Positions 28,492 to 38,721 of a stretch of DNA of 64,000 nt are shown here, piece after piece. The notes beneath the pieces were generated by a model. The model saw only the letters and a program-made list of their open reading frames with translations. It did not search any database and had not been told where the DNA came from. Positions within the stretch are counted from its first letter, which is position 1; each line of letters begins with the position of its first letter. Position numbers and translations under genes: made by a program. The DNA comes from an uncultured delta proteobacterium (GTDB lineage Bacteria; Myxococcota_A; Polyangia; Polyangiales; Polyangiaceae), in contig CAWAIF010000002.1 of assembly GCA_963782055.1 (NCBI GenBank), positions 96,001-160,000 of the forward strand. Reading direction: 5' to 3'.

Positions 28492-30255
28492 CTAGCGGAA
28501 GGGACCGGCGCCGGCCAGGCCCCGTTTCGCGCGCAGGAGCCGGGCGATCGCCTCCAGCCGGGGGCGCAGCGTCTCGGGGTCGGGCGTGGGCTCGGGGACC
28601 AGGTAGCCCGCCTCCTCCCGGCGCACGTGGAGGTGGACGGCCTCCTCCAGCTCCTGGAGGAGCTCGCGGGTGGCGGGCGAGAGGGTGGGATCGTCCGGGC
28701 TGAGGTCCTGCTCGAGGGGCGGGTCGATGGGGAAGCTGACCAGCGTCCCCATCAGGGTGCCGTTCGGCTGCCAGACCGTGCCCACGTCGAAGCGGTCGAC
28801 CCCCAGCGCGCCGCCGTGCACCCACATGCGGCCGGCCTCGAAGTGGCCGCCCACCCGCTCGGCGAAGGCGCGCCACGCCCCCGCGTCCTCGGCCATCGCC
28901 GCGGGGGGAGGCACCCGCGCCACCGCCTGCGCGAGCGCCTCCAGCAGGGCCACGGCCTCCGTCGCCAGCTTCTCCAGGCTGGCGGTGGACCCTGGCGAGC
29001 CGCTGAAGGTGACGACGGCGCCGTCGTCGTCCATGGTCACCGAGGCGCCGCGCACGAGCCGGTCCAGCAGGTCGTCGTCGAAGAAGGCCTCGATCTGCGC
29101 CGCCTCCCGGCCGCGGATGGTGAAGCGGTCCCCCGCCTTCCCCGGCGCCGCCCAGGTGCGCCCCAGCACGTCGGTCCAGCGCTTCTCGCCGACGTGCAGG
29201 TCCAGCCCGAGGTGCGGCCACGCGTAGCGCGCGGCGGTGGCCAGCGCGCCCTCCCGCAGCTCTCGCCCGAGCTGCAGCTTCACCTCGCCCCGCTCGGCGT
29301 GAAGTGAGCCCCTGCCGGGGTCGAACTCCAGCTCCAGCCGCTCGCCCACCTGCGACCAGATGCGTGCCATCCGGTCGCGCCCCACCGGCCACACGCGCCC
29401 GGAGGGCTTCTTGCGCGTCGCGCCGGGAGGGGGCCGCAGCACCTTGAGGGGGATGCTCACCACCAGGTCGCGCCCGAGCACCACGTCGGCGCGCACCTCC
29501 ACCCGCCAGTCGAAGCCGAAGAAGCTCGCGCGGAAGGTGGGCGGCGCCTCCGCCGGCATCGTCACGCGGAAGCGCAGCGGCTCCCCCTCCGGCGGCGGCC
29601 CGGAGACGACGAGCGCGCGGTAAAAGCGCGTGTCGTACGCGCCCAACGTCGGCTTGAAGATGCGCTCCGTCCCGACGAAGGTCACGTACACCGCGCGGAT
29701 GCGCGCCGCGTGCACGTTGTTGAAGGAGACGGCGCCGGTGAGCGCGTCGCCTGGCGCGAGCTGCGTCGTGTCCACCGACACCTCGGCGTAGACGGCGCCC
29801 GGCTGGGGGCCCTTCGGCGAGCTGGCGACCAGCACCGGCGCGGTCGGCTCGGGGAGGGCGAAGGTCGGCGCCACCGAGAGGGTGAAGCTGGTGTGCCTGT
29901 CCGGCCACCACGGGATGTCCACGTGCACGTCCACCGTGTACGTCGACTGCGCGTGCTGCCCGGTGAAGGTGGGCGGCGACCCGGCGGGCACCGAGAAGCG
30001 GAAGCGCCGCTTGTACTCCCCCACGCCAAGCTCCCCCGGAGTCCAGCGCTGCGGCAGGCGAAGCCACGGGCGGTGGAGGACCTGCATCCCTCGACCGTCC
30101 CCCACCACGGTGCGCTCGCTCGCGGAGAAGACGAGGTCGACGAAGCGGGTCGGCGTCGCCGACCGGCTCCCCAGCACCACGATGAGCTCGAACGGCTCCC
30201 CGGCGACGAGCGGCTTCTTCGACACGAGGAGCCTCACCGTCGGCCGACTGCGCAT
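28492..30255 (-). CDS. Protein with two arrestin/SpoOM-like beta-sandwich repeats
   Basis: Two repeats: FRFSVPAGSPPTF..YTVDVHVDIPW and FRVTMPAEAPPTF..WRVEVRADV. Confidence 0.55.
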   Translation of the reverse strand: MRSRPTVRLLVSKKPLVAGEPFELIVVLGSRSATPTRFVDLVFSASERTVVGDGRGMQVLHRPWLRLPQRWTPGELGVGEYKRRFRFSVPAGSPPTFTGQHAQSTYTVDVHVDIPWWPDRHTSFTLSVAPTFALPEPTAPVLVASSPKGPQPGAVYAEVSVDTTQLAPGDALTGAVSFNNVHAARIRAVYVTFVGTERIFKPTLGAYDTRFYRALVVSGPPPEGEPLRFRVTMPAEAPPTFRASFFGFDWRVEVRADVVLGRDLVVSIPLKVLRPPPGATRKKPSGRVWPVGRDRMARIWSQVGERLELEFDPGRGSLHAERGEVKLQLGRELREGALATAARYAWPHLGLDLHVGEKRWTDVLGRTWAAPGKAGDRFTIRGREAAQIEAFFDDDLLDRLVRGASVTMDDDGAVVTFSGSPGSTASLEKLATEAVALLEALAQAVARVPPPAAMAEDAGAWRAFAERVGGHFEAGRMWVHGGALGVDRFDVGTVWQPNGTLMGTLVSFPIDPPLEQDLSPDDPTLSPATRELLQELEEAVHLHVRREEAGYLVPEPTPDPETLRPRLEAIARLLRAKRGLAGAGPFR

Positions 30256-30383
30256 CGCGCCGAGCATACCCCAGCGCGTCCGGCCCCGAACCGCCGCGGC
30301 CCCAGGGCCGATACGCACGGCTGGGTCCGGTCGTTGAGGTCTGGCGCGGCGGCTCGTCCCGCGCTAACACCCCCGCCGGACCC

Positions 30384-31667
30384 ATGCCCCAGAAGTCAAA
30401 AGTCGCCATCCTCCGCACGAAGCCCGAGACCGTCCTCGCCGACTACCACCGCCTGATGAACCTGGCGGGTTATCAGGATGTCGTCGCCAAGGACGCCGAC
30501 ACCGGCCTGAAGGTCAACATCTCCTGGCACTTCTTCTACCCGGCGTCCTCCACGACGCCGTGGCAGCTGGAGGGCGTCATCGGCGCCATGGAGGAGGACG
30601 GCTACAAGCGCGACCTCATCCACGCCTGCCACAACCGCACCGTCGTCATCGACGCCCACCTGGGCGAGCGGGAAAACAAGCAGATCGATGTGGTGCAGGC
30701 CCACGGCCTGCGCAACGTGCACCTGTACGAGGGCGAGGAGTGGATCGACGTCCGCGATGCGGTGGGCGATCTCACCAAGAAGTTCCTCTGCCTCAACGAC
30801 GTCTACCCGAAGGGCTTCAGCATCCCGAAGCGCTTCATCGGGGAGAACATCATCCACCTGCCGACGGTGAAGACCCACATCTTCACCACGACGACAGGCG
30901 CGATGAAGAACGCCTTCGGCGGGCTGCTCAACGAGCACCGCCACTGGACCCACCCGGTCATCCACGAGACGCTGGTCGACCTCTTGATGATCCAGAAGAA
31001 GATCCACCGCGGGATCTTCGCGGTCATGGACGGCACCTTCGCCGGGGACGGCCCCGGCCCGCGCTGCATGATCCCGCACGTGAAGAACGTGCTGCTCGCC
31101 AGCTCCGATCAGGTCGCCATCGACGCCGTCGCCGCCAAGCTGATGGGCTTCGACCCCATGCGCGACTGCAAGTTCGTGCGCCTCGCGCACGAGCAGGGGC
31201 TCGGCACCGGCGACCCGCGCGACATCGAGATCGTCGGGGACGTGGACGCCGCCTCGCAGAGCTGGAACTTCGAGGGTCCGTTCAAGAACATGACCTTCGC
31301 CTCGCGCAACCAGCACCGCATCTACTGGGGCCCGCTGAAGAAGCCGGTGGAGTGGTCGCTCAAGACGTGGCTGGCGCCGTGGGCCTACGTGGCCAGCGTC
31401 ACCTACCACGACATGTTCTGGTACCCGTTCCACGGCAAGCCGCGCATCCAGGCGGCGCTGGAGAGCGAGTGGGGCCGCCTCTTCTCCAACTGGGGCAAGG
31501 TCCAGCGCACCAAGGAGGGCTTCCCCGAGGTGGGCGACGCGCACCCGGAGCTGGTGCGCATGGGCCTCAAGCACTTCATGGAGGGCAGCCGCCTGGTGGG
31601 CATGGCCGTCGCGGAGTCCCCGGAGATGAAGGCGCGCAAGCGCCGCCGGGAGATGGCTCACCCCTGA
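30384..31667 (+). CDS. DUF362 domain protein
   Basis: LKVN, LPTVKTH, TGAMKNAFG, GDGP and DQVAIDAVAAKLMG motifs. Confidence 0.85.
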   Translation: MPQKSKVAILRTKPETVLADYHRLMNLAGYQDVVAKDADTGLKVNISWHFFYPASSTTPWQLEGVIGAMEEDGYKRDLIHACHNRTVVIDAHLGERENKQIDVVQAHGLRNVHLYEGEEWIDVRDAVGDLTKKFLCLNDVYPKGFSIPKRFIGENIIHLPTVKTHIFTTTTGAMKNAFGGLLNEHRHWTHPVIHETLVDLLMIQKKIHRGIFAVMDGTFAGDGPGPRCMIPHVKNVLLASSDQVAIDAVAAKLMGFDPMRDCKFVRLAHEQGLGTGDPRDIEIVGDVDAASQSWNFEGPFKNMTFASRNQHRIYWGPLKKPVEWSLKTWLAPWAYVASVTYHDMFWYPFHGKPRIQAALESEWGRLFSNWGKVQRTKEGFPEVGDAHPELVRMGLKHFMEGSRLVGMAVAESPEMKARKRRREMAHP

Positions 31668-31709
31668 CCTCACCCCCCGGCCCCCTCTCCCTACGAGGGA
31701 GAGGGGGAG
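31668..31709. repeat. REP-like palindrome, possibly a bidirectional terminator
   Basis: CCTCACCCCCCGG followed by a perfect 12-bp stem CCCCCTCTCCCT-ACG-AGGGAGAGGGGG between convergent genes. Confidence 0.7.
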
Positions 31710-31721
31710 AAGAGGGGACGC

Positions 31722-33725
31722 TCAGGGCTTGGCGTAGATGCGGACCTGGCGGGCGGGGATGGTGACAGTGGGGCCCGTCGTCGGCGTGCCCGTGATGAGC
31801 TCGTTCAGCGCCTGCGACGGGAGGCCGCCGAGGGTCTTGTCGCTGTCGCCGCGGTTGATGGCGACCCACACCTGATCCTTCGGTGTCACCACGGTGAAGA
31901 GCCAGTGGTCGGCGCTGGAGCTGATGGTGGTGCGCAGGCCGTGGCGGATGGACTCGTGCGCGGCGCGGATGGCGAGCAGCGCCTTCACCCGGTCGTGCAG
32001 GTACTGCTGGCCGGCGCTGTAGCCGCTCCACTGCATGAAGCGGCGGTTGTCTGGGTCGCCGGCGCCGGGCATGCCCCACTCGTCGCCGTAGTAGATGAGC
32101 GGCGCGCCGTGGTTGGTGAGCATCACCGCGAAGGCGTTGGCGAGCTTCTCGTACGCCTTCTGCTGCGTCACGATGCCCGGCTGGTTCTGCCACGCCAGGT
32201 TCTTGCCGTCGGAGCCCTGGTCGGTCCAGAGCGGGGGCTCCTGCGCGAGGTGGATGACGCGCGGCAGGTCGTGGTTGCCGAGGAAGGGGCTCATCACCGC
32301 CGTCGAGCCGTAGAAGTAGTCGTTGGAGTCGTAGAAGCTCGCGAGCTGGTCCATGCCCTGGTACTTGAGCAGCATCGTCTCGACGAGCATGCGCCGCGCG
32401 GGGAAGTCGAACTGGCCGTCCAGCTTGGTCTTCGGGTCGACGAAGGACTTGATGTAGTCGCGGTTGAAGAAGTCGTACGTCTCCCCGACCATGTAGAAGC
32501 GCTGCGGCGGGCTCTCCTTCGCCACGACCTCGGTCTGGATGTCGCTGCGGAGCTGCAGCAGCCAGCTCTGGTCGACGTGCTTGATGGCGTCCAGCCGGAA
32601 GCCGTCGGCGCCGGTGTCGGTGATCCACTTGACCGCGTTGTTGACCGAGTAGTCGCGCGCGGCGGGCACGGTGTAGTTCCAGTGCGGGAGGTAGCTGGTG
32701 AACCAGCAGCGGTCCGCCTGCGCGTCCCAGCTGCAGTTCTGCCCGCAGATGCAGTCGCCGCCGTTGTAGGAGTTGGGCCAGAACCAGCCGGGGTTCTGCT
32801 GGTAGATGGGGCTGTCGATCTCGACGTGGACCATCGCGTAGTCGAAGAGCACCTTCAGGTTCTTCGCGTGGGCGGCGGTGACCAGGTTCTTCAGGTCCTG
32901 CAGCGTGCCGAACCGCGGCTCCGGCTGCGAGGGGTCGTAGGGCCAGTAGCCGTGGTAGGCGGAGTACAGGTGCGAGTCGCCGCCGGTGCCCTGCCCGGCG
33001 AAGGTGTCGGCGTTCTTCACCGGCACGGTGATCCAGAGGGTGTTGACGCCCAGGTCGGTGAAGTACCCGGCGTTGATCTTCTGGGTGACGCCCTTCCAGT
33101 CGCCGCCCTGGTACTGCGCGGGCGGCAGCACGCCGCCGAGGGGGGAGCCGTTGTTGCTGGGGTCGCCGTCGAAGAAGCGGTCGACGAAGACGAAGTAGAT
33201 GACCGCGTCGCGCCAGTCGTAGACGCCCGCCGGCGGGGAGGGCGGCTCCTCGCAGATGGCCGGGTTGCAGGTGACCGGCTGCAGCAGGTTGTTGGTGTTG
33301 TTGTTCTGGTCGGTGGTGGTGGGGTCGCCCGGGTTGACCAGCCACTGCGTGCCGTTGACGAGGAACTTGTACTGGACCGCCGTGTTCAGCGGCACGTTCA
33401 CCGTGACGGTCCAGGAGCTTCCCTGGTGCGTCATCGGGTCGCCGTTCTGCCAGGAGTCGGCGCCGCGGTAGTCGCCCCGCAGCTCCACGCTCGACTCGTT
33501 GTTGAACGGGAAGGTGAACGCGTGCGCGCAGCGCTTCAGCTCGTCGGGGCAGACGAAGCCCAGCGAGGTGCCCGCGTCGTAGCTGCCGCCGTTGTTGCTG
33601 CCGGGGTCGAAGAGGGCGGCGTCCGGCGGGTCGCCGTAGTCCGGGTTGTGAACCGCGTCGCTGCCGCACGCGGCGGTGAAGGCGAGCCCGCCCAGGATCA
33701 GCGGGAGTGCTACGGCGAGGCGCAT
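31722..33725 (-). CDS. GH13 alpha-amylase lipoprotein with N-terminal CBM48-like domain
   Basis: Lipobox-like TAAC; YKFLVNG; DGFRLDAIKH, GETY and FLGNHD. Confidence 0.92.
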   Translation of the reverse strand: MRLAVALPLILGGLAFTAACGSDAVHNPDYGDPPDAALFDPGSNNGGSYDAGTSLGFVCPDELKRCAHAFTFPFNNESSVELRGDYRGADSWQNGDPMTHQGSSWTVTVNVPLNTAVQYKFLVNGTQWLVNPGDPTTTDQNNNTNNLLQPVTCNPAICEEPPSPPAGVYDWRDAVIYFVFVDRFFDGDPSNNGSPLGGVLPPAQYQGGDWKGVTQKINAGYFTDLGVNTLWITVPVKNADTFAGQGTGGDSHLYSAYHGYWPYDPSQPEPRFGTLQDLKNLVTAAHAKNLKVLFDYAMVHVEIDSPIYQQNPGWFWPNSYNGGDCICGQNCSWDAQADRCWFTSYLPHWNYTVPAARDYSVNNAVKWITDTGADGFRLDAIKHVDQSWLLQLRSDIQTEVVAKESPPQRFYMVGETYDFFNRDYIKSFVDPKTKLDGQFDFPARRMLVETMLLKYQGMDQLASFYDSNDYFYGSTAVMSPFLGNHDLPRVIHLAQEPPLWTDQGSDGKNLAWQNQPGIVTQQKAYEKLANAFAVMLTNHGAPLIYYGDEWGMPGAGDPDNRRFMQWSGYSAGQQYLHDRVKALLAIRAAHESIRHGLRTTISSSADHWLFTVVTPKDQVWVAINRGDSDKTLGGLPSQALNELITGTPTTGPTVTIPARQVRIYAKP

Positions 33726-35851
33726 GGATCACCCTTCGGCAGAAAGACGCGGACCGAGAATGGACGAGCGTCCAGATTTGTCAACTCAGGGTTGAGTGAC
33801 GCTTCCTCCCCGGACAGCGCGTCCACGTACTCACCCGCGGGCACGCCGGGCAGCGCCTCGATCATCGGCGCGAGGCCCGCGCGCATGGCCACGACGATCG
33901 CCGGGGCCGCGCCGTCCGCCTCTCGGGCGAAGGCGAGGGTCTCTCCGCCGACGACGAGGGGGCGGTACGTGCCGCGGCGAAGCGACACGGAGCACGCGCG
34001 CACCTTGCCCAGCGCCGCCACGAAGTCGCGCGTCGCCTTCTGGTCGGCGGTGAGCGTGTCGTCCGCGGGGAGCACCCGTCGCGAGTCGGGATCGTGCCGG
34101 CCGGCGAGGCCCACCTCGTCGCCGTAGTAGACGACCGGGACGCCCGGGAGGGTGAAGACCATCCCGAGCGCCATGCGCTGCCGCGCGTAGACGCCCGGGT
34201 CGGTGGGCTGCGGGGCGGGGGTGAAGCCGCTCCCGTCCGCGCTGCCGTCGCTCTCCGAGGCGAAGCGCGTCACGTCGTGGTTGCCGATCATCAGGGCCAT
34301 GATCGCGCCGGCGCCCTTCCACGTCTGCTCGCCGGTCTGCACGGCCAGATCGATGTCGGAGAGGGGCTCGGTCTCGTCGGCGATGGCGCCGCGCAGCGTC
34401 CACATGAGCGGGAAGTGAAACTCGCCGTCCAGGCCGGAGGGCCCGAGCTGGTAGCGCAGCTCGTCGTAGCCGCCGGGGCCGGTGAAGTTCTCGCCGAGGA
34501 CGTAGGTGCGGTTGCCGGGGTGGTCGAAGCGGCGCCGCAGCTCCGCGACGATGCGCCGGGTGGCGGCGCGCGGCATCATGGGCACGGCGTCGATGCGGAT
34601 GCCGTCGCCGTCGAACCGGTCGATCCACCACGCGACGTCCGCGGTCACCGTCTGCGCCACGTCGTCGCGCGTCCAGTCGAAGCTGGGCAGGTAGGGCGCG
34701 AACCAGCAGTCGGTGAGGTGCGTGCCCCAGTCGCAGGTGGCGGTGCCGCAGACGCAGTCCTTGCCCCAGTCGGTGAACCAGGCGCCGTCGGCGTGCGCCG
34801 CGACGTACGGGTGCTCCTGGTGGACGTGGTGCGGCACCACGTCGAAGAGGATGCGGATGCCGCGGGCGTGCGCGGCGGACACCAGCGCGTCCAGGTCCGC
34901 CTCGGTGCCGAAGCGCGGGTCGAGCGCGCGCGAGGCGGTGGGCCAGTAGCCGTGGTAGGCGGAGTACATGTGGCCGTCGGTGCCCGGAAACTCGCCCTGC
35001 GGGTTCTGGTAGAGCGGCGAGAGCCACAGGGTGTTGAAGCCCATCGCGGCGAACTTGCCGCTCTGGACATCCGCGAGCACGCCGGAGAGGGTGCCTCCCG
35101 CCCAGCCCGCGGGATCCGCCGGGGGCGGGAGGGCCTCGCCGCCCGGCCCGCGGTAGCGGTCCACCATCACCTGGTAGATGGACGCGTCGCGCCAGTCGAA
35201 GGGCGAAGCCTCCTCCCACACGGTGACGCGGCCGGGCTCCGCGTCCTTCCCCGAGGCATCGCGTGCCGCAACGAAAAGCGTGTGCTTGCCGGGCGCGAGA
35301 CCGTGCGCGGTGACGCTCACCGTGCCCTTCGCCGGGTCCGTCGCCACGTCCACCGTCGCGCTCGAGCCCCCGAGCTCCGTCACCCGCACGCTCGCCGGGT
35401 CGAGGGGGGACGCCGACGCGGCGGCGAGGAAGGTGAGCGAGGCCTCCGCGGTGCCGTCGGCGTGACCGGCCGCGGCATCGACGCGCAGCGCGGGCGCGGA
35501 GCAGTCGTCCACATGCACCAGCGAGACCTCGATGCCGTCGTGGAATGCGGTGGTGCCCACGTTGGGGTCCGCCATCCACTGCCCGTCCTCCACGATCCCG
35601 TACTCCTGGTCTCCGGGGGGCGGGTCGTAGCGGGTGACGCGCCAGCCGTCGCCGCGGTCGGCGGGGAGGATGCGACCGGGTTGCTTCCAGCCATCCCAGC
35701 TCGTCACCACCTCCACCTGCGCGGCGTTGCTCGCGGCGCGGTGCCACACCGTCACCTCGCACGAGCGCAGCGGGATCGACGGCGCCGGCGCGTCCTGGGT
35801 GCACGCCACGAAGGGGAGCACACCGACCAAGAGCAAGCCAAGCCACCGCAC
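33710..35851 (-). CDS. GH13 alpha-amylase lipoprotein
   Basis: GTG start gives MRWLGLLLVGVLPFVAC; DGIRIDAV, GENF and IGNHD. Confidence 0.88.
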   Translation of the reverse strand: MRWLGLLLVGVLPFVACTQDAPAPSIPLRSCEVTVWHRAASNAAQVEVVTSWDGWKQPGRILPADRGDGWRVTRYDPPPGDQEYGIVEDGQWMADPNVGTTAFHDGIEVSLVHVDDCSAPALRVDAAAGHADGTAEASLTFLAAASASPLDPASVRVTELGGSSATVDVATDPAKGTVSVTAHGLAPGKHTLFVAARDASGKDAEPGRVTVWEEASPFDWRDASIYQVMVDRYRGPGGEALPPPADPAGWAGGTLSGVLADVQSGKFAAMGFNTLWLSPLYQNPQGEFPGTDGHMYSAYHGYWPTASRALDPRFGTEADLDALVSAAHARGIRILFDVVPHHVHQEHPYVAAHADGAWFTDWGKDCVCGTATCDWGTHLTDCWFAPYLPSFDWTRDDVAQTVTADVAWWIDRFDGDGIRIDAVPMMPRAATRRIVAELRRRFDHPGNRTYVLGENFTGPGGYDELRYQLGPSGLDGEFHFPLMWTLRGAIADETEPLSDIDLAVQTGEQTWKGAGAIMALMIGNHDVTRFASESDGSADGSGFTPAPQPTDPGVYARQRMALGMVFTLPGVPVVYYGDEVGLAGRHDPDSRRVLPADDTLTADQKATRDFVAALGKVRACSVSLRRGTYRPLVVGGETLAFAREADGAAPAIVVAMRAGLAPMIEALPGVPAGEYVDALSGEEASLNPELTNLDARPFSVRVFLPKGDPCASP

Positions 35852-35961
35852 GCTGGATCCCTTAGCGCGACCTTCCTTCGGCGCAAACGCTTCCGGCCCA
35901 CGGGGCCCGATGACGCCCCTGGCGAAGTCGCCGGACGCATCGCGCCGGGGCGGCGCCCAGC

Positions 35962-36486
35962 TCAGTGCCTCGTGTCCGGCGGCGCCGTCATCGCGCCTGC
36001 GTCCGCGGGACCCAGGGCCGCCGCGCCTCCGCCCTTCGCGAAGCACATCGCCGCGAGCACGTCCGCTTCCCGCTGCTGGCCGCGTGCGCGGAGCACCTGC
36101 GCGGCACGACACTCCGCCGGATCCGGCTCGCCGTCGCGCTTCGCGGTGAAGGGATCGTAGGGGGTGGTCTGCAGGTCGTGGCGCGCCGTGTTGTCCACGC
36201 TGGCCGTGGCAACCGGAGGCGTCGGTTCGGGCACCGCCCTGTCCGGGTTCTCGCCGACCTTCACAGCCGCGCAGCGCCGGTCGAACCAGTCCAGGTGCTC
36301 GGTCCGGCCAGTCTCGCGCAGCGCGCAGGCCGCCGCGCAATCGGGGATGTCCTCGTGACAGCCCGGCGTCCTCGCGCTCATGGTCCGGATGGGCGCCGCG
36401 GCGGTCGTCGGCTCCGGCTCGTCGCCCGAGCCAGGCGGCTGGCAGGCGGCGATGAGCAGAACGAGGAGTATCGAGGAGCGGGACAT
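35962..36486 (-). CDS. Hypothetical Cys-containing lipoprotein
   Basis: MSRSSILLVLLIAAC lipobox. Confidence 0.6.
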   Translation of the reverse strand: MSRSSILLVLLIAACQPPGSGDEPEPTTAAAPIRTMSARTPGCHEDIPDCAAACALRETGRTEHLDWFDRRCAAVKVGENPDRAVPEPTPPVATASVDNTARHDLQTTPYDPFTAKRDGEPDPAECRAAQVLRARGQQREADVLAAMCFAKGGGAAALGPADAGAMTAPPDTRH

Positions 36487-36524
36487 GGGCGGGCGAGTAT
36501 ACCCGCGCTGGCCTCGCCTCGCGA

Positions 36525-37385
36525 TCAAGCTGCTTCGAAGCGGGCGACGGCAGACGAGGCGCCCCACCGGCCGCGATCGTCCAGCTCCGGCCGCGCGGCG
36601 GCGACGCCGGGGTCGTGGGTGAAGAAGAGCCACCCGCGCTCGTCCTTCACGCGCTGGAGCACCGCGCGCTTCTCCTCCACGAGCTGCTCCGGGAAGCGGT
36701 CGTAGCCCATCGTGATCGGCAGGTGCACCCACGGCACGCCCGGGATGAGGTCGGACGCGAAGGTCACCGGGCCCGACGGGCCGCGCACGGTGGTGAGCAT
36801 CAGCCCCGGCGTGTGACCCTCGGAGAAGGCGAAGGAGAAGAGGGACGCCGGGAGCGACGCAGCGCTCTCTCCGTCGACGAGCTCCAGGCGGCCGCTCCCC
36901 TCGAGCAGGGCGTTGAGGTGCGGGATGAAGGATGCCCTGTCGCGCAGGTGAGGGTGGCGCGCCCGCTCCCACGCGCGGGCGCCCACGACGAAGGTCGCCC
37001 GCGGGAAGAGCAGCCGAGGCTCCTTCCCCTCCTCCCAGGCGGAGAGCAGGCCGCCGGCATGATCGAAGTGCAGGTGCGAGAGCACCACCACGTCCACGTC
37101 CTCGTGGCGCACGCCCTGCTCGCCCAGCGAGCGAAGCAGCACGTGCTCGGCGGGCTCCACGCCGAAGCGCGCCCGCAGCTTTGGCTCGAAGAAGGCGCCG
37201 ATGCCCGCCTCGAGCAGCACCCGCCGGCCGTCGTCCAGCGTCGCGAGCAGGCACCGGCACGCGAGCCGGATCCGCCCCGCGGTGTCGGGCGGCGACCATT
37301 TCTCCCATACCGGCCGCGGGCAGTTGCCGTACATGGCCCCGCCGTCCAGGTACTGCACGTTGCCCTCGATGGAGACGAGGCGCAT
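36525..37385 (-). CDS. MBL-fold metallo-hydrolase (YtnP-like)
   Basis: [27 protein letters not shown] and HDP motifs. Confidence 0.9.
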   Translation of the reverse strand: MRLVSIEGNVQYLDGGAMYGNCPRPVWEKWSPPDTAGRIRLACRCLLATLDDGRRVLLEAGIGAFFEPKLRARFGVEPAEHVLLRSLGEQGVRHEDVDVVVLSHLHFDHAGGLLSAWEEGKEPRLLFPRATFVVGARAWERARHPHLRDRASFIPHLNALLEGSGRLELVDGESAASLPASLFSFAFSEGHTPGLMLTTVRGPSGPVTFASDLIPGVPWVHLPITMGYDRFPEQLVEEKRAVLQRVKDERGWLFFTHDPGVAAARPELDDRGRWGASSAVARFEAA

Positions 37386-37411
37386 CGGGCTCAGTGTACT
37401 CCCTCCGGGCC

Positions 37412-37963
37412 TCAGTCCTTCGGTCCCTCGCTCCTGCGCGGCGGCAGCAGCCCAAACGACGCCTTGCGGCGCAGATCCTCCAGCCGCTTGCCCAGCTCCG
37501 CCGTCTCGATCATGGCGAAGCGCTCGTGCAGGACGAAGGGCTCGCCCTCCCGGAGGCGGAACAGCAGCGTGGTCGGCGCCTGGAACTCCACTCGCTCCAG
37601 ATCGTCCCACGTCATGTGCAGCGCCTTGCCGTTGCGCTCGAACACCACACCATCCCCGCGCGCCGCCAGGAACGCCTCGTCGCGGAGCGACCGTGCGAGC
37701 CGCAAGATGGCGGACGCGGGCCCCACGGTGATGCACACCGCCCCGACGACGAGCAGGCCGTAGTGCACCAGCGGCTGTGTCTTGAAGAAGAGGAAGGAGA
37801 TGGCGGCCAGCGTCGGACCGAGGAACAGCACCCCCGCCCCCACGAAGAGCGCGACCAGGATGTTGCCCGCGGCCTCCACGCGGTGCCACTCGAAGACCCG
37901 CGGCGCCGCCGGGACCGGGGCCGGCTCCGTCGCGGTCGCGTCTTCGCCGGCCTCGGTGCTCAC
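37412..37963 (-). CDS. Hypothetical membrane protein
   Basis: Two TM segments plus a soluble domain; GTGA overlap with the upstream gene. Confidence 0.6.
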   Translation of the reverse strand: MSTEAGEDATATEPAPVPAAPRVFEWHRVEAAGNILVALFVGAGVLFLGPTLAAISFLFFKTQPLVHYGLLVVGAVCITVGPASAILRLARSLRDEAFLAARGDGVVFERNGKALHMTWDDLERVEFQAPTTLLFRLREGEPFVLHERFAMIETAELGKRLEDLRRKASFGLLPPRRSEGPKD

Positions 37964-38613
37964 CCGCCGCTCCGGTACAGGGCATAGATGACGCCCCAGC
38001 ACATGGCGAGAAGGACCAGGAACGCCGTCCACGAGACGATGTTCATGTGGCGGAGGCCGCGCCGGCTGGAGACGACGCCCCAGCCCATGGCGAAGGTCGA
38101 GAGCCCGTTTCCCAGGTGGTACGCGACCCCGAGCGTCCCGAGCAGGTACACGACGAGCGTGGGCGTGTGCGTGCGCATCTCGTGGGCGATGTCGGCGAAG
38201 GCCTCGGCGTGACCCTCCATGAAGCGCGGCTTGAGCATGGCGAGCCACAAGTGTGCCCCGAGAAAGAGCAGGACGCCCACCGCGGACAGCCGCTGCAGCA
38301 GATACTTGAGGTTGGCGACGTACCCGTAGCGCACGTTGTTGGGGCGGCTCGTCAGCAGGCGCCCCAGGCCCCACACCGAGTGCAGCACCAGCGGCAGGAG
38401 CACCACCACCGCCGTCACGAGCTGCGCGATCGGGTGGGAGTAGGTGGTGACCGACGCCTGCCAGGCCTCCGGCCCGCTGAAGGCGGAGAGGTTGTTCCAC
38501 ACGTGAATGAACGTCCACACCGCGAGCGGGACGAGCGCGAGGAACGACCCCAGCCGGGCTCGCAGAAAACCGCCGAGCCCCTGCGCGTTCTGGGAGGTGA
38601 CGGCGGTGGCCAT
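37960..38613 (-). CDS. Succinate dehydrogenase cytochrome b558-type membrane subunit (Bacillus SdhC-like)
   Basis: Five TM segments with four His ([32 protein letters not shown]). Confidence 0.75.
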   Translation of the reverse strand: MATAVTSQNAQGLGGFLRARLGSFLALVPLAVWTFIHVWNNLSAFSGPEAWQASVTTYSHPIAQLVTAVVVLLPLVLHSVWGLGRLLTSRPNNVRYGYVANLKYLLQRLSAVGVLLFLGAHLWLAMLKPRFMEGHAEAFADIAHEMRTHTPTLVVYLLGTLGVAYHLGNGLSTFAMGWGVVSSRRGLRHMNIVSWTAFLVLLAMCWGVIYALYRSGG

Positions 38614-38721
38614 GGGTGGCCGAACATTTAGGGCTTTGCGTGCCCCGACACAAGCGCAGCCCGATCGTTCGCATGCTCGCGACCCGATTGGGCGTAGCCG
38701 AACGCGGCACGCCGGCATACC

